64,000 bases of DNA from Candidatus Marinacidobacterium sp. (lineage in GTDB: Bacteria > Acidobacteriota > Vicinamibacteria > Marinacidobacterales > Marinacidobacteraceae): assembly GCA_965204755.1 (NCBI GenBank), contig OZ242011.1, forward strand, positions 544,001 to 608,000, given 5' to 3'. The translations under genes and the position numbers were made by a program. Within the stretch, counting starts at the first letter, position 1; each line of letters opens with the position of its first letter. Below, piece by piece: positions 1 through 9,861 of this stretch. The notes under the pieces were generated by a model. It was given only the letters and a program-made list of their open reading frames with translations. It did not search any database and was not told the DNA's origin.

Positions 1-879
1 CTTGTCCCCGATCTGCCGGAAATGGGTCGGGCGCGCCAGGATCAGCCGCTCCCGCGCCGCCTCCACCGCCTCGGGGCCGATCTCCCGGGTTCGGTCGAGC
101 CCGGCCTCGTCCTCGAAACAAGCCTCGTCGCCCAACGCGTTCACCAGCCAAGGTTGGCCGGCGGTCGCCTTCCAGATCTCCTCCACGGCCGCCGGAGCGA
201 AACGCTGACCCGTCTCCTCGGTGTGTTGGCCCAGCAGTTCCTCCACTTCCGCCCGCGAGAAGTCTCCCAGTCGCAGGGAGTGCTTCACGATGTTGAACGG
301 GCTCCCCGTCTCGAGCGGGTAGTCCTGCACATCGCGGAGTCCGCAGAACACGATGCTCCGCGGGAAGCGCTCCGGGCGGTCCCGGTAACCCGAACGCAGT
401 TGGGTCAACAACGCAAGGAGAATCCGTTCCCTAAGTCCGTCCGCCTCGTCCAGCAGGAGCACCAGGCGCTCGTCGCCGGACTTCTCCGACCAGAACATCA
501 GGGCCTCCCGCAGGCCGCCGGCAGGGCCGATGTCGGCCAAGGCTCGCGGCCAGATCTCCCGCAGGGATTCGTCGCCGAGCGCCGTAGCGGCGCCGGTGGC
601 GATCGCGCCCAGAATGCCGCGAACGGCGACATCCAGGTCGTCGCCGGCCGCCCTCGCATCTTCGCAATTCGCATAGACGCACCGCCAGCCGCGGCCGTTC
701 AGGTGCTCCTGGAGCGCGCCCAGCACCGAGGTCTTCCCCGTCTGGCGGGGGGCATGGAGGACGAAGTAAGCCCGCTTTTCCACCAGCCGGACGATCCGCG
801 CCAAGTCCAACCGGCTCAGCGGCGGGATCGTGTAGTGGACTTCCGGATCCACCGGCCCGGCCACATTGAAGTCGCGCAC
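1..879 (-). CDS. AAA-family P-loop ATPase, family A paralog (3' part runs off the left edge)
   Basis: GTG at 879 reads MRDFNVAGPVDPEVHYTIPPL, with Walker A HAPRQTGKT and Walker B LLLDE. DNA is closely similar to the copy at 947-2593. Confidence 0.85.
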   Translation of the reverse strand, partial: MRDFNVAGPVDPEVHYTIPPLSRLDLARIVRLVEKRAYFVLHAPRQTGKTSVLGALQEHLNGRGWRCVYANCEDARAAGDDLDVAVRGILGAIATGAATALGDESLREIWPRALADIGPAGGLREALMFWSEKSGDERLVLLLDEADGLRERILLALLTQLRSGYRDRPERFPRSIVFCGLRDVQDYPLETGSPFNIVKHSLRLGDFSRAEVEELLGQHTEETGQRFAPAAVEEIWKATAGQPWLVNALGDEACFEDEAGLDRTREIGPEAVEAARERLILARPTHFRQIGDK

Positions 880-946
880 GGATTCAGTATGGCAGAACCG
901 GGGGACTGCGCGCGAGGAGGCCGGGCGGCGAGAGCGCCCGGAAGGC

Positions 947-2593
947 CTACATCCCCCAGACGAGGATCGGGCGGGTCTCGGGAGCGGAGGCGTCGGGTCG
1001 AGGTTCGTCTTCGGGCGCGGCTTCCGCTGCTTCCCAGCCGAGTTCCGAGTCCGGGGCGGATACCCGCCGCGCAGCGAGCGCCCGCCGGAAGATCTTCTCC
1101 TCCCAGGTCTTGCCGTCGTCCTGGTCCATCACCACCAGATGCCCCTCCTCCGCGCCGCAGCGGTCCAGGTACGCCGCCGTCTGCGCCACCCCCTCCCGGA
1201 TCACCGTTTCGAGGCCGTCCCGCTCCCGGCGAACCTTGCATTCCACCACGAAGCGCTGCGTCCCGCCATCGTCCCGCCGCCACTCGATCAACAGGTCGGT
1301 GCGCCCCCGCCCGAGCCCGTACTCCCGCACGATCCGCCCCCCGGCGTTCACCACGCGCTGCAGGAACGCCTGCAGCAACACCTGCACCGCCGCCTCCCTC
1401 ACGGTGAACCCCTGCGACCACCACTCCGAGTGCTCCCGGAAGAACTGCTGGAACCCGGTCAGCAACCGCCCGACATCGAGACATCCGTCACCTCGCCGGA
1501 AACCCGGCACTCGGCCGTCGAACCGATCGTCGTCGTGAGCGGACAGCACGCGCGGAATCACCTCCCGATAGATCGGATTCGCGATCTCCAGCGGCCCGCT
1601 CGCCTTGACCAGCCCCAAGTCCCTCACATACGCGGAGTCTTTCCCGGTGCTCGGAAGGTACTCCCCACGGCCGGCGAGGATCGGTTCGATCACCCGCCGA
1701 ACCCGCTTCTCGCTCAACTTGTCCCCGATCTGCCGGAAGTGGGTCGGGTGCGCCAGGATCAGCCGCTCCCGCGCCGCCTCCACCGCTTCCGGGGCGATCT
1801 CCCGGGTCCGGTCGAGGCCGGCTTCGTCCACGAAACAGACCTCGTTCGCCAAGGCGTTGACCAACCACGGCTGCCCCGCTGTCGCGTTCCAGATCCCTTC
1901 GATCGCGGCGGCGGCGAAACGCTGCCCGGTCTCCTCCGCGTGCTGGCCCAGCAGTTCCTCCACCTCCGTTCGCGAGAAGTCCCCGAGACGCAACGACTCC
2001 TCCACGATATTGAACGGGCTCCCCGACTCGAGGGGGTAGTCCCGCACATCGCGGAGTCCGCAGAACACGATGCTCCGGGGGAAGTGCTTCGGGCGGTCCC
2101 CGTGACCCGAGCGCAGTTGGCCGAGCAGCGACACGAGCACCTTCTTGTGCAGTCCGTCCGCCTCGTCCAGAAGCAACACCAGGCGCCGGTCTCCGGACCG
2201 CTCCGACCAGAGCCTGAGCGTCTCCCGGAATGCGCTGTCAGGGCCGACATCCGCCAACTCTCGCGGCCAGATCTCCCGCAGGGATTCATCGCCGAGCGCC
2301 ATCGAAGCGCCGGTGGAGATCGCGACCAAGACGGCCCGAACGGCGGCGCGCAAGCCTCGACGTCCCCTCACATCTTCGCAACTCGCGTAAACGCATCGCC
2401 AGCCCTGCTCGTTCAGGTGATCGCGCAGCGCCTTAAGGGCCGAAGTCTTCCCGGTCTGACGGGGGGCATGGAAGACGAAGTAGGCCCGCTTTTCCACCAA
2501 CCGCGCGATCCGCGCCAAGTCCAGCCGGCTCAGCGGCGGTATCGTGTAGTGGACTTCCGGGTCCATCGGCCCGGCCACATTGAAGTCGCGCAC
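947..2593 (-). CDS. AAA-family ATPase with C-terminal PD-(D/E)XK nuclease-like domain (family A)
   Basis: Walker A HAPRQTGKT, Walker B VLLLDE, ANPIYREVIP, C-terminal GRTDLLIEW...FVVECK. Start set at GTG 2593 by alignment to paralogs (the ORF track extends upstream spuriously). Confidence 0.85.
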   Translation of the reverse strand: MRDFNVAGPMDPEVHYTIPPLSRLDLARIARLVEKRAYFVFHAPRQTGKTSALKALRDHLNEQGWRCVYASCEDVRGRRGLRAAVRAVLVAISTGASMALGDESLREIWPRELADVGPDSAFRETLRLWSERSGDRRLVLLLDEADGLHKKVLVSLLGQLRSGHGDRPKHFPRSIVFCGLRDVRDYPLESGSPFNIVEESLRLGDFSRTEVEELLGQHAEETGQRFAAAAIEGIWNATAGQPWLVNALANEVCFVDEAGLDRTREIAPEAVEAARERLILAHPTHFRQIGDKLSEKRVRRVIEPILAGRGEYLPSTGKDSAYVRDLGLVKASGPLEIANPIYREVIPRVLSAHDDDRFDGRVPGFRRGDGCLDVGRLLTGFQQFFREHSEWWSQGFTVREAAVQVLLQAFLQRVVNAGGRIVREYGLGRGRTDLLIEWRRDDGGTQRFVVECKVRRERDGLETVIREGVAQTAAYLDRCGAEEGHLVVMDQDDGKTWEEKIFRRALAARRVSAPDSELGWEAAEAAPEDEPRPDASAPETRPILVWGM

Positions 2594-2664
2594 GGGTTCA
2601 GTATGGCAGAACCGGGGGCGGGCTGCGCTCGAGGATGCCGGGCGGCGAGAGCGCCCGGAAGGGC

Positions 2665-4299
2665 CTACATCCCCCAGACGAGGATCGGGCGGGTCTCGGG
2701 AGCGGCGGCGCCGGGTCGGGGTTCGTCGTCGGGCGCGGCCTCCCAGCCGAGTTCCGAGTCCGGGGAGGACACCCGCCGCGCGGCGAGCGAGCGCCGGAAG
2801 ATCTTCTCCTCCCAAGTCTTGCTCTCGTCCTCGTCCATCACCACCAGGTGCCCCTCCTCCGCACCGCAGCGGTCCAGGTACGCCGCCGTCTGCGCCACCC
2901 CCTCCCGGATCACGGTTTCCAGATCGTCCCGCTCCCGGCGAACCCGGCACTCCACCACGAAACGCTGCGTCCCGCCGTTGTCCCGCCGCCACTCGACCAG
3001 CAGGTCGGTCCGCGCCCGCCCCAGCCCGTACTCCCGGACGATCCGCCCACCGCCCTTCACCGCCCGCTGCCAGAACGCCTGCAGCAGCACATGCGGCGCC
3101 GCCTCCCGGAAGAGGAACTTCCCCGACCACGCCTCCGAGTCCTCCCGGAACATCTGCCGGAACGCGACGAGCAGTCCCGCCACCTCCAAGCCGCCGTCCG
3201 GCCGCCGGGAACTCGCGGCGCCGCCGGACATCCAATGCTCCGCGCCGGCGAACAGGATGCGGGGTATCGCGTCCCGATAGATCGGGTTCGCGATCTCCAG
3301 CGGCCCCTTCCCCTTGACGAAGCCCAGATCCCTCACATAGGAGTGGTCCTTTCCGTTCGCAAGGAACGCCGCGCGGCCGGCGAGGATCGGCTCGATCACC
3401 CGCCGCACCCGCGCGTCCGTCAGCCTCTGCTCGAGGTGGCGGATGTGTGAGGGCCGTTCCCGGAACAACCGCTCGCGCGCGGCTTCCACCGCCTCCACCC
3501 CGATCTCCCGGGTCCGGTCGCGGCCCGCCTCGTCCTCGAAGCAGGTTTCTTTCGCCAGCGCGTTCACCAGCCAAGGTTGGCCGGCGGTCGCGTTCCAGAT
3601 CTCCTCCACTGCTTCCGGAGCGAACCGCTGCCCGGTCTCCTCCGTGTGTTGGCCCAGCAGTTCCTCCACCTCGGCCCGCGAGAAGTCCGCGAGGCGGAAA
3701 GTCTCGGCCACGATGTTGAACGGGATGTCCGCCGGCCCCGAATAGTCCTGCACATCGCGCAGCCCGCAGAAGACCATGCTCCGTGGAAAGAGCCGCGGGT
3801 GAAAGGTGTAACCCGAGCGCAGTTGCGCCAGCAGCGAAACGAGCACTTCGCGGTCCAGCGCGTCCACCTCGTCCAAGAGCAAGACCAGGCGCTCCTCGCC
3901 GGATTTCTCCGACCAGAGCGCGAGCGCCTCCCGGAATCCGCCGGCCGGGCCGATCTCGGCGAGCGTTCGAGGCCAGACGGCCTCCAGGGAATCGTCCCCG
4001 AGCGTCGTGACGGCGTCGTCGGAAATCGCGCCCAGGACGCCGCGAGCGGCGCCGTCCGGGTCCCAAAGCCCCGTCGCGTCCTCGCAACTCGCATAGACGC
4101 ACCGCCAACCCCGCTCGTTCAGGTGATCGCGCAGCGCCTTCAGCACCGAAGTCTTCCCGGTTTGGCGGGGGGCGTGGAGGACGAAGTACTCCTCCCACTC
4201 CACCATTCTCTCGACCCGCGCCAAGTCCAGACGGCCCAGCGGCGGGATCGTGTAGTGGACTTCCGGGTCCATCGGCCCGGCCACATTGAAGAAACGCAT
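2665..4299 (-). CDS. AAA-family ATPase with PD-(D/E)XK-like domain, ExK changed to ECR (family A)
   Basis: ATG 4299 reads MRFFNVAGPMDPEVHY. Same motifs as 947-2593, but RTDLLVEW...FVVECR. Confidence 0.85.
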   Translation of the reverse strand: MRFFNVAGPMDPEVHYTIPPLGRLDLARVERMVEWEEYFVLHAPRQTGKTSVLKALRDHLNERGWRCVYASCEDATGLWDPDGAARGVLGAISDDAVTTLGDDSLEAVWPRTLAEIGPAGGFREALALWSEKSGEERLVLLLDEVDALDREVLVSLLAQLRSGYTFHPRLFPRSMVFCGLRDVQDYSGPADIPFNIVAETFRLADFSRAEVEELLGQHTEETGQRFAPEAVEEIWNATAGQPWLVNALAKETCFEDEAGRDRTREIGVEAVEAARERLFRERPSHIRHLEQRLTDARVRRVIEPILAGRAAFLANGKDHSYVRDLGFVKGKGPLEIANPIYRDAIPRILFAGAEHWMSGGAASSRRPDGGLEVAGLLVAFRQMFREDSEAWSGKFLFREAAPHVLLQAFWQRAVKGGGRIVREYGLGRARTDLLVEWRRDNGGTQRFVVECRVRRERDDLETVIREGVAQTAAYLDRCGAEEGHLVVMDEDESKTWEEKIFRRSLAARRVSSPDSELGWEAAPDDEPRPGAAAPETRPILVWGM

Positions 4300-4358
4300 T
4301 CGCTTCAGTATGGCGCGCGGGTCCCGGCGGCGCCGGGCGGGCGGCGCCGGGGCGTCCG

Positions 4359-5018
4359 TCACTCCAGCGGGAACGAAGCGACGGCGTCGTAGATCGCGCC
4401 GTCCGGGTGGAGCGCGCTCCGGAGCAGGACGATCCCGGTCACCGGGAACGGATCCGGCCACAGGGCGCCTCCGGGAGCGGCGCGCTCCAGCGCCTCCGGC
4501 GGGACCCGCGCGCCCCGCCGCCGGAGGCGGGCGAGGGTCACATGCGGCGCGAAGGGGCGCCGCTCCGGCGGCAATCCCGCGGCGAGGGCGGCGCGTTCGG
4601 CCGCCTCGGCGAGCGCCGCGAGGAAGCCGGCGCACCCGGGGCCTTCGACGACTTCCGCCCAGACCATCCGGTGCTGGCCGGTCAGCGGCCGCGCCGCGAG
4701 CCGGGGGAGGGCGATCTCCGGCGGCAGCGCGCCGCGTTCCCGGAGCCGGTCGGCCTCGGCGGCGAACCGGGCGCGCAGTTTCGTTTCCAGGGTATGGGCG
4801 GTTTCGGGGGGTATTTCGCCGTAGAAACGCAGCGTGAGGTGCAGGTTCCCGGCGGGAACCACCCGGAGACGCGATTCGGGGGCGGCCTCGGCCACGGCCT
4901 GCGCCGCGGCGAAGAGCCGCTCGCGGACCTCCGGCGGCGGCAGCAGCGCGGCGAACAGCCGAGTCCTGATCTTCGCGGACGTCCGAGGCGGGTCGAGGTC
5001 GGGGTCGGCGGTCGTCAT
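4359..5018 (-). CDS. thpR: RNA 2',3'-cyclic phosphodiesterase (2H phosphoesterase, LigT family)
   Basis: N-terminal RLFAAL and two HxT motifs (NLHLTLRF, FAPHVTLAR); same strand as and downstream of cinA. Confidence 0.9.
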   Translation of the reverse strand: MTTADPDLDPPRTSAKIRTRLFAALLPPPEVRERLFAAAQAVAEAAPESRLRVVPAGNLHLTLRFYGEIPPETAHTLETKLRARFAAEADRLRERGALPPEIALPRLAARPLTGQHRMVWAEVVEGPGCAGFLAALAEAAERAALAAGLPPERRPFAPHVTLARLRRRGARVPPEALERAAPGGALWPDPFPVTGIVLLRSALHPDGAIYDAVASFPLE

Positions 5019-5091
5019 TCGCTGGTTCCCGTCAGCGGCCGGGGGCGCCCTCCCCGCGCCACGGTCCGGCTTCCGGCGGCGGGCCGCGGCG

Positions 5092-6207
5092 CTACGGCGC
5101 CGGCGCCCGGAGGATGTAGTCCATCAGGCTGGGAATGCCCGGTTCCCATTCCGGCATCGTGCCCGCCACCCAGACGAAACCCAGGTGACCGAGTTCCCTC
5201 GCCGCGGCGGCCACTTCGTCATCGCCGGCGGCATCCCCGAAACCTCGCCGGATGGCGGCCCGCAGTTCGCTGCCGGAGAGGACCGGACGCGACCGGAAGG
5301 CTTCCGCGACCGCCTGCGCCGGTCGGAAGAGTTCCAGTTCCCCCAGTTCGCTGTAGCGTTCGAGGTAGTAGTCGTCGCGCTGCCGGTCGAAAACGGCCTG
5401 GCAGGCGCGCACATCCTCGAAGGTGATCTCCCGGCGGGAGGCCGTGACCGCGCGCGCCCACACCGCTCTGCCCCAGTGTTGCACGAAGAACGGATACCCG
5501 TGGCTGTCGCGAACGAGGTGCTCCAACGCCTCGTCCGTGATGGCGAGGTCTTCGGCTTCCAGCGGCTTCCGGATCGCCTCCGCCGTGGCGCGGTCGTCGA
5601 GCCGTCCGATCCGCAACTTCTCGCTGCGATTCCAGAACGAGGCGCCCATGGTCGACAGGTGGGCCCGCAGGTTCGGCGTTCCCGCGAGCACCAGGAGGAA
5701 CGGCTCGGACTTCCCGACTTTCTGCGCCGCGTTCAAGAGCGAGCGGCCGGTCTTCGGGTCGAGGGTGTGCGCCTCGTCGAGAAGCACGATCAACGGCTTC
5801 CTCTTGGCCCGAAGAGCGAGGACCCGGGCGAGATCCGGCGCCGGTCGTTCGCCGGGACGCCAAGTGATCCCCCGAACGCCCAACTCGCCGGATCTCACGG
5901 ACCCCCACCACGAGTCCGGCAACAGCAACTCGGCCAAGCGGGCGGGGGAATCGAACTTCGACGGCGTGAGTTCCTCGACATCCACGCCGGTGGACGAACT
6001 TGCTCGCTCGCTGACCCACCCGAGGAGCGCCGTCTTGCCGTTGCCGCGCGGCCCGTAGAGGATCACTTCGCTCGGCGCCGGCCGGCCGCGGTCCAATTCG
6101 GCGACCAGCATCAGGAAGAGGTCCTGCTCCTCCTCCCGCCCGGCGAGGTGCGGCGGGGGTCGGCCGGGTCCGGGCCGGAAGGGCCCCGGACCGATTTCAG
6201 AGCGCAC
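5092..6207 (-). CDS. AAA_16/STAND-like ATPase, family B paralog 1
   Basis: PFRPGPGRPPPHLAGRE, Walker A GPRGNGKT, Walker B VLLDEAH, GYPFFVQ, C-terminal WEPGIPSLMDY; GTG start at 6207. Confidence 0.85.
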   Translation of the reverse strand: MRSEIGPGPFRPGPGRPPPHLAGREEEQDLFLMLVAELDRGRPAPSEVILYGPRGNGKTALLGWVSERASSSTGVDVEELTPSKFDSPARLAELLLPDSWWGSVRSGELGVRGITWRPGERPAPDLARVLALRAKRKPLIVLLDEAHTLDPKTGRSLLNAAQKVGKSEPFLLVLAGTPNLRAHLSTMGASFWNRSEKLRIGRLDDRATAEAIRKPLEAEDLAITDEALEHLVRDSHGYPFFVQHWGRAVWARAVTASRREITFEDVRACQAVFDRQRDDYYLERYSELGELELFRPAQAVAEAFRSRPVLSGSELRAAIRRGFGDAAGDDEVAAAARELGHLGFVWVAGTMPEWEPGIPSLMDYILRAPAP

Positions 6208-6320
6208 GAGAACCAGTTTAGCGGGAAGTCCCGACGCCGGGAGGCGGCGAGTTCCTCGCGGTTCCCGGAGTCGTGGAGCGCTGCCCGCGCCGCCCGGCTT
6301 CCGGCGGCGGCTCGCGGGGT

Positions 6321-7439
6321 TTACGGCGCGGGGACGGCGCGGAGGATGTGGTCCATCAGGCTGGGAATGCCCGGTTCCCATTCCGGCATCGCGCCGGTCT
6401 CCCAGATGAAACCCAGGTGATGGAACTCCGTTTCCGCCGCGTCCACTTCGTCGTCGGTGGCGGCCTCGCCCAAACCCCGCCGGATGGCGGCCTCCAGTTC
6501 GCTGTCGGTGATGACCGGGCGCGACTCGAAGGCTTCGGCGACCGCCCGCGCCGGCGGGAGCAACCGCGTTTTCCTGAGTTCGCGGTACCGGCGGTGGTAG
6601 TAATCGTCCCGGCGCCGGGCGAAGACGGCTTGGCAGGCGCGCGCATCCTCGGAGACGACGCGGTCGCGGGACTCCGCAACGGCGCGCGCCCACACCGCGT
6701 CGCCCCAGAGTTGGACGAAGAAGGGATACCCGTGGCTTTCGCGAACGATGTGCTCCAACGCCTCGTCCGTGATGGCGATGTCCTCCGCTTCCAGCGGTTT
6801 CCGGATCGCGTCCGCGGTCGCGCGCTCGTCCAGGCGTCCGATCCGCAAACTCCGGCTGCGGTTCCAGAAGGAGGCGCCCATCGTTCCCAGGTGGTCGCGC
6901 AGGTTCGGCGTTCCCGCCAACACGAGGAGGAACGGCGCGGACTTCCCAACCTCCTGCGCCGCGTTCAAGAGCGAGCGGCCGGTCTTCGGGTCGAGGGTGT
7001 GCGCCTCGTCGAGAAGCACGATCAACGGCTTCCTCTTGGCCCGAAGAGCGAGGACCCGGGCGAGATCCGGCGCCGGTCGTTCGCCGGGACGCCAAGTGAT
7101 CCCCCGAACGCCCAACTCGCCGGATCTCACGGACCCCCACCACGAGTCCGGCAACAGCAACTCGGCCAAGCGGGCGGGGGAATCGAACTTCGACGGCGTG
7201 AGCCTCTCGACATCCACGCCCGTGGACGAACCCGCTCGCTCGCTGACCCACCCGAGGAGCGCCGTTTTGCCGTTGCCGCGCGGCCCGTAGAGGATCACTT
7301 CGCTCGGCGCCGGCCGGCCGCGGTCCAATTCGGCGACCAGCATCAGGAAGAGGTCCTGCTCTTCCTCCCGCCCGGCGAGGTGCGGCGGGGGTCGGCCGGG
7401 TCCGGGCCGGAAGGGCCCCGGACCGATTTCGGAGCGCAC
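6321..7439 (-). CDS. AAA_16/STAND-like ATPase, family B paralog 2
   Basis: Same motifs as 5092-6207; GTG start at 7439. Confidence 0.85.
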   Translation of the reverse strand: MRSEIGPGPFRPGPGRPPPHLAGREEEQDLFLMLVAELDRGRPAPSEVILYGPRGNGKTALLGWVSERAGSSTGVDVERLTPSKFDSPARLAELLLPDSWWGSVRSGELGVRGITWRPGERPAPDLARVLALRAKRKPLIVLLDEAHTLDPKTGRSLLNAAQEVGKSAPFLLVLAGTPNLRDHLGTMGASFWNRSRSLRIGRLDERATADAIRKPLEAEDIAITDEALEHIVRESHGYPFFVQLWGDAVWARAVAESRDRVVSEDARACQAVFARRRDDYYHRRYRELRKTRLLPPARAVAEAFESRPVITDSELEAAIRRGLGEAATDDEVDAAETEFHHLGFIWETGAMPEWEPGIPSLMDHILRAVPAP

Positions 7440-7552
7440 GAGAACCAGTCTAGCCGGAAGTCCCGGCGCCGGGAGACGGCGAGTCCCTCGCGGTTCCCGG
7501 GGTCGTGGAGCGCTGCCCGCGCCGCCCGGCTTCCGGCTGCGGGCCGCAGGGT

Positions 7553-8671
7553 TTACGGCGCGGGGACCGCGCGGAGGATGTAGTCCATCAGGCTGGGAAT
7601 GCCGGGTTCCCACTCCGGCATCACGCCCGCCCGCCAGACGAAACCCAGGTGACGGAATTTCCGCTCCGCGGCGGCCAATTCGTCATCGCCGGCGGCCTCG
7701 CCGAAACCTCGCCGGATGGCCGCCCCCAGTTCGCTGTCGGAGAGAACGGGGCGCGACCGGAAGGCTTCCGCGACGGCTCGCGCCGTTTGCAGCAACTTCA
7801 GTTCCTTGAGTTCGCGGTAGCGGTCGGCGTAGTAGTCGTCGCGCTGCCGGTCGAAAGCGGCCTGGCAGGCGCGCGCATCCTCGGAAGTGATCTCCCGGCG
7901 GGAGGCCGTGACCGCGCGCGCCCACACCGCTCTGCCCCAGTGTTGCACGAAGAACGGATACCCGTGGCTGTCGCGAACGAGGTGCTCCAACGCTTCGTCC
8001 GTGATGGCGAGGTCTTCGGCTTCCAGCGGCTTCCGGATCGCCTCCGCCGTCGCGCGTTCGTCGAGCCGTCCGATCCGCAACTTCTCGCTGCGATTCCAGA
8101 ACGAAGCGCCCATGGTCGACAGGTGGGCCCGCAGGTTCGGCGTTCCCGCGAGCACCAGGAGGAACGGCTCGGACTTCCCGACCTCCTGCGCCGCGTTCAG
8201 GAGCGTGCGGCCGGTCTGCGGGTCGAGAGTGTGCGCCTCGTCGAGAAGCACGACCAACGGTTTCCTGCCGACCCGGTGAGCGATGACCTCGGCGAGATCC
8301 GGCGCCGGTCTTCGGCCCGGGCGCCAAGCGATCCCCCGGAAGCCGATCTCGTCGGGCCTTACGGACGCCCGCCACGAGTCCGGCAACAGCAACTCGGCCA
8401 AGCGGGCGGGGGAATCGAACTTCGACGGCGTGAGTTCCTCGACATCCACGCCGGTGGACGAACTTGCTCGCTCGCTGATCCACCCGAGGAGCGCCGTCTT
8501 GCCGTTGCCGCGCGGCCCGTAGAGGATCACTTCGCTCGGCGCCGGCCGGCCGCGGTCCAATTCGGCGACCAGCATCAGGAAGAGGTCCTGCTCCTCCTCC
8601 CGCCCGGCGAGGTGCGGCGGGGGTCGGCCGGGTCCGGGCCGGAAGGGCCCCGGACCGATTTCGGAGCGCAC
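7553..8671 (-). CDS. AAA_16/STAND-like ATPase, family B paralog 3
   Basis: 372-aa ORF with GPRGNGKT and VLLDEAH. Confidence 0.85.
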   Translation of the reverse strand: MRSEIGPGPFRPGPGRPPPHLAGREEEQDLFLMLVAELDRGRPAPSEVILYGPRGNGKTALLGWISERASSSTGVDVEELTPSKFDSPARLAELLLPDSWRASVRPDEIGFRGIAWRPGRRPAPDLAEVIAHRVGRKPLVVLLDEAHTLDPQTGRTLLNAAQEVGKSEPFLLVLAGTPNLRAHLSTMGASFWNRSEKLRIGRLDERATAEAIRKPLEAEDLAITDEALEHLVRDSHGYPFFVQHWGRAVWARAVTASRREITSEDARACQAAFDRQRDDYYADRYRELKELKLLQTARAVAEAFRSRPVLSDSELGAAIRRGFGEAAGDDELAAAERKFRHLGFVWRAGVMPEWEPGIPSLMDYILRAVPAP

Positions 8672-8713
8672 GAGAACCAGTCTAGCCGGAAGTCCCGGCG
8701 GCGCGCCGCCGGG

Positions 8714-9835
8714 TTAGGGCGCGGGGACCTCCCGGAGGATGTAGTCCATCAGGCTGGGAATGCCCGGCTCCCACCGCCGACGGGTTCCGGGGCGCCAGAT
8801 GTAACCGAGATGGCGGAACTGTTGCGCCGTCGCATCCACTTCGTCATCGCCGGCGGCGCCGCCGAAACCCCGCCGGATGGCGGCCTCGAGTTCGGCGCCG
8901 GAGAGGGCCGGGCGCGACTCGAAGGTCTCCGCGACCGCCCGCGCCGGTCCCAACAGCCGCAGTTCCTCCAGTTCGTCGTGGCGTTGGGAGTAGTAGCCGT
9001 CCCTCCGCTCGTTGAAGTCGGCTTGGCAGGCGCGCGCATCCTCGGAGACGACCCGTTCGAGGGAGCCCGCGACGGCGCGCGCCCATACCGCATCGCCCCA
9101 GAGTTGAACGAAGAAGGGGTACCCATGGCTTTCGCGAACGATGTGCTCCAACGCTCCGTCCGTGACGGCGATGTTCTCGGCCTCCAGCGGCTTCCGGATC
9201 GCCTCCGCCGCGGCTCTTTCGTCCAGTCTTCCCAACCGTATGATCCGGCTCCGACCCCAGAACGAAGCTCCCAGCGTGCCGAGGTGGGAACTCAGATTCG
9301 GTGTTCCGGCGAGCACCAGCAGGAAGGGCGCCTCCCGCCCCACTTGCTGGGCGGCGTTGAGCAGGGCTCGGCCGATCCCGGGTTGGAGCGTGTGGGCCTC
9401 GTCCAGCAGGATCACCAGTGGTTTCCTGCTCGCCCGCACCGCGAGGACCGATCGGATCTGGGGCGCCGGCTCGCTTCCGCCGGGCCGCCAAGTGAAGCCG
9501 CGAATCGCGATCTCCTGAGGCCTGACGGTCTCCCACCAATGACGGGGCAAGAGGCATTCCGCCAATTCCGACTTCGTGTCGAAGTCCGACGGCGTCAACG
9601 CCAGCACATCCACGCCGGGGAAGTCGGCTCCTTCCTTCCTCACCCACGCGAGAAGCGCGGTCTTTCCGTTGCCCCGCGGTCCGTAGAGGATGACTTCGCT
9701 GGGCGGCGCTTCGCCGCCGTCCAGGTGCGCAAGCAGCGCACGGAAGAGATCCTGCTCCGGCTCGCGTCCGGCGAGATACGGAGGAAGCCCGCCGGGTCCG
9801 GGACGAAACGGCCCCAAACCGATTTCGGAGCGCAC
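8714..9835 (-). CDS. AAA_16/STAND-like ATPase, family B paralog 4 (more diverged)
   Basis: GPRGNGKT and ILLDEAH; GTG 9835 aligns with the paralog starts (ATG 9844 is an alternative). Confidence 0.85.
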   Translation of the reverse strand: MRSEIGLGPFRPGPGGLPPYLAGREPEQDLFRALLAHLDGGEAPPSEVILYGPRGNGKTALLAWVRKEGADFPGVDVLALTPSDFDTKSELAECLLPRHWWETVRPQEIAIRGFTWRPGGSEPAPQIRSVLAVRASRKPLVILLDEAHTLQPGIGRALLNAAQQVGREAPFLLVLAGTPNLSSHLGTLGASFWGRSRIIRLGRLDERAAAEAIRKPLEAENIAVTDGALEHIVRESHGYPFFVQLWGDAVWARAVAGSLERVVSEDARACQADFNERRDGYYSQRHDELEELRLLGPARAVAETFESRPALSGAELEAAIRRGFGGAAGDDEVDATAQQFRHLGYIWRPGTRRRWEPGIPSLMDYILREVPAP

Positions 9836-9861
9836 GGAAAGCATTCTACTCGGCCACCGGG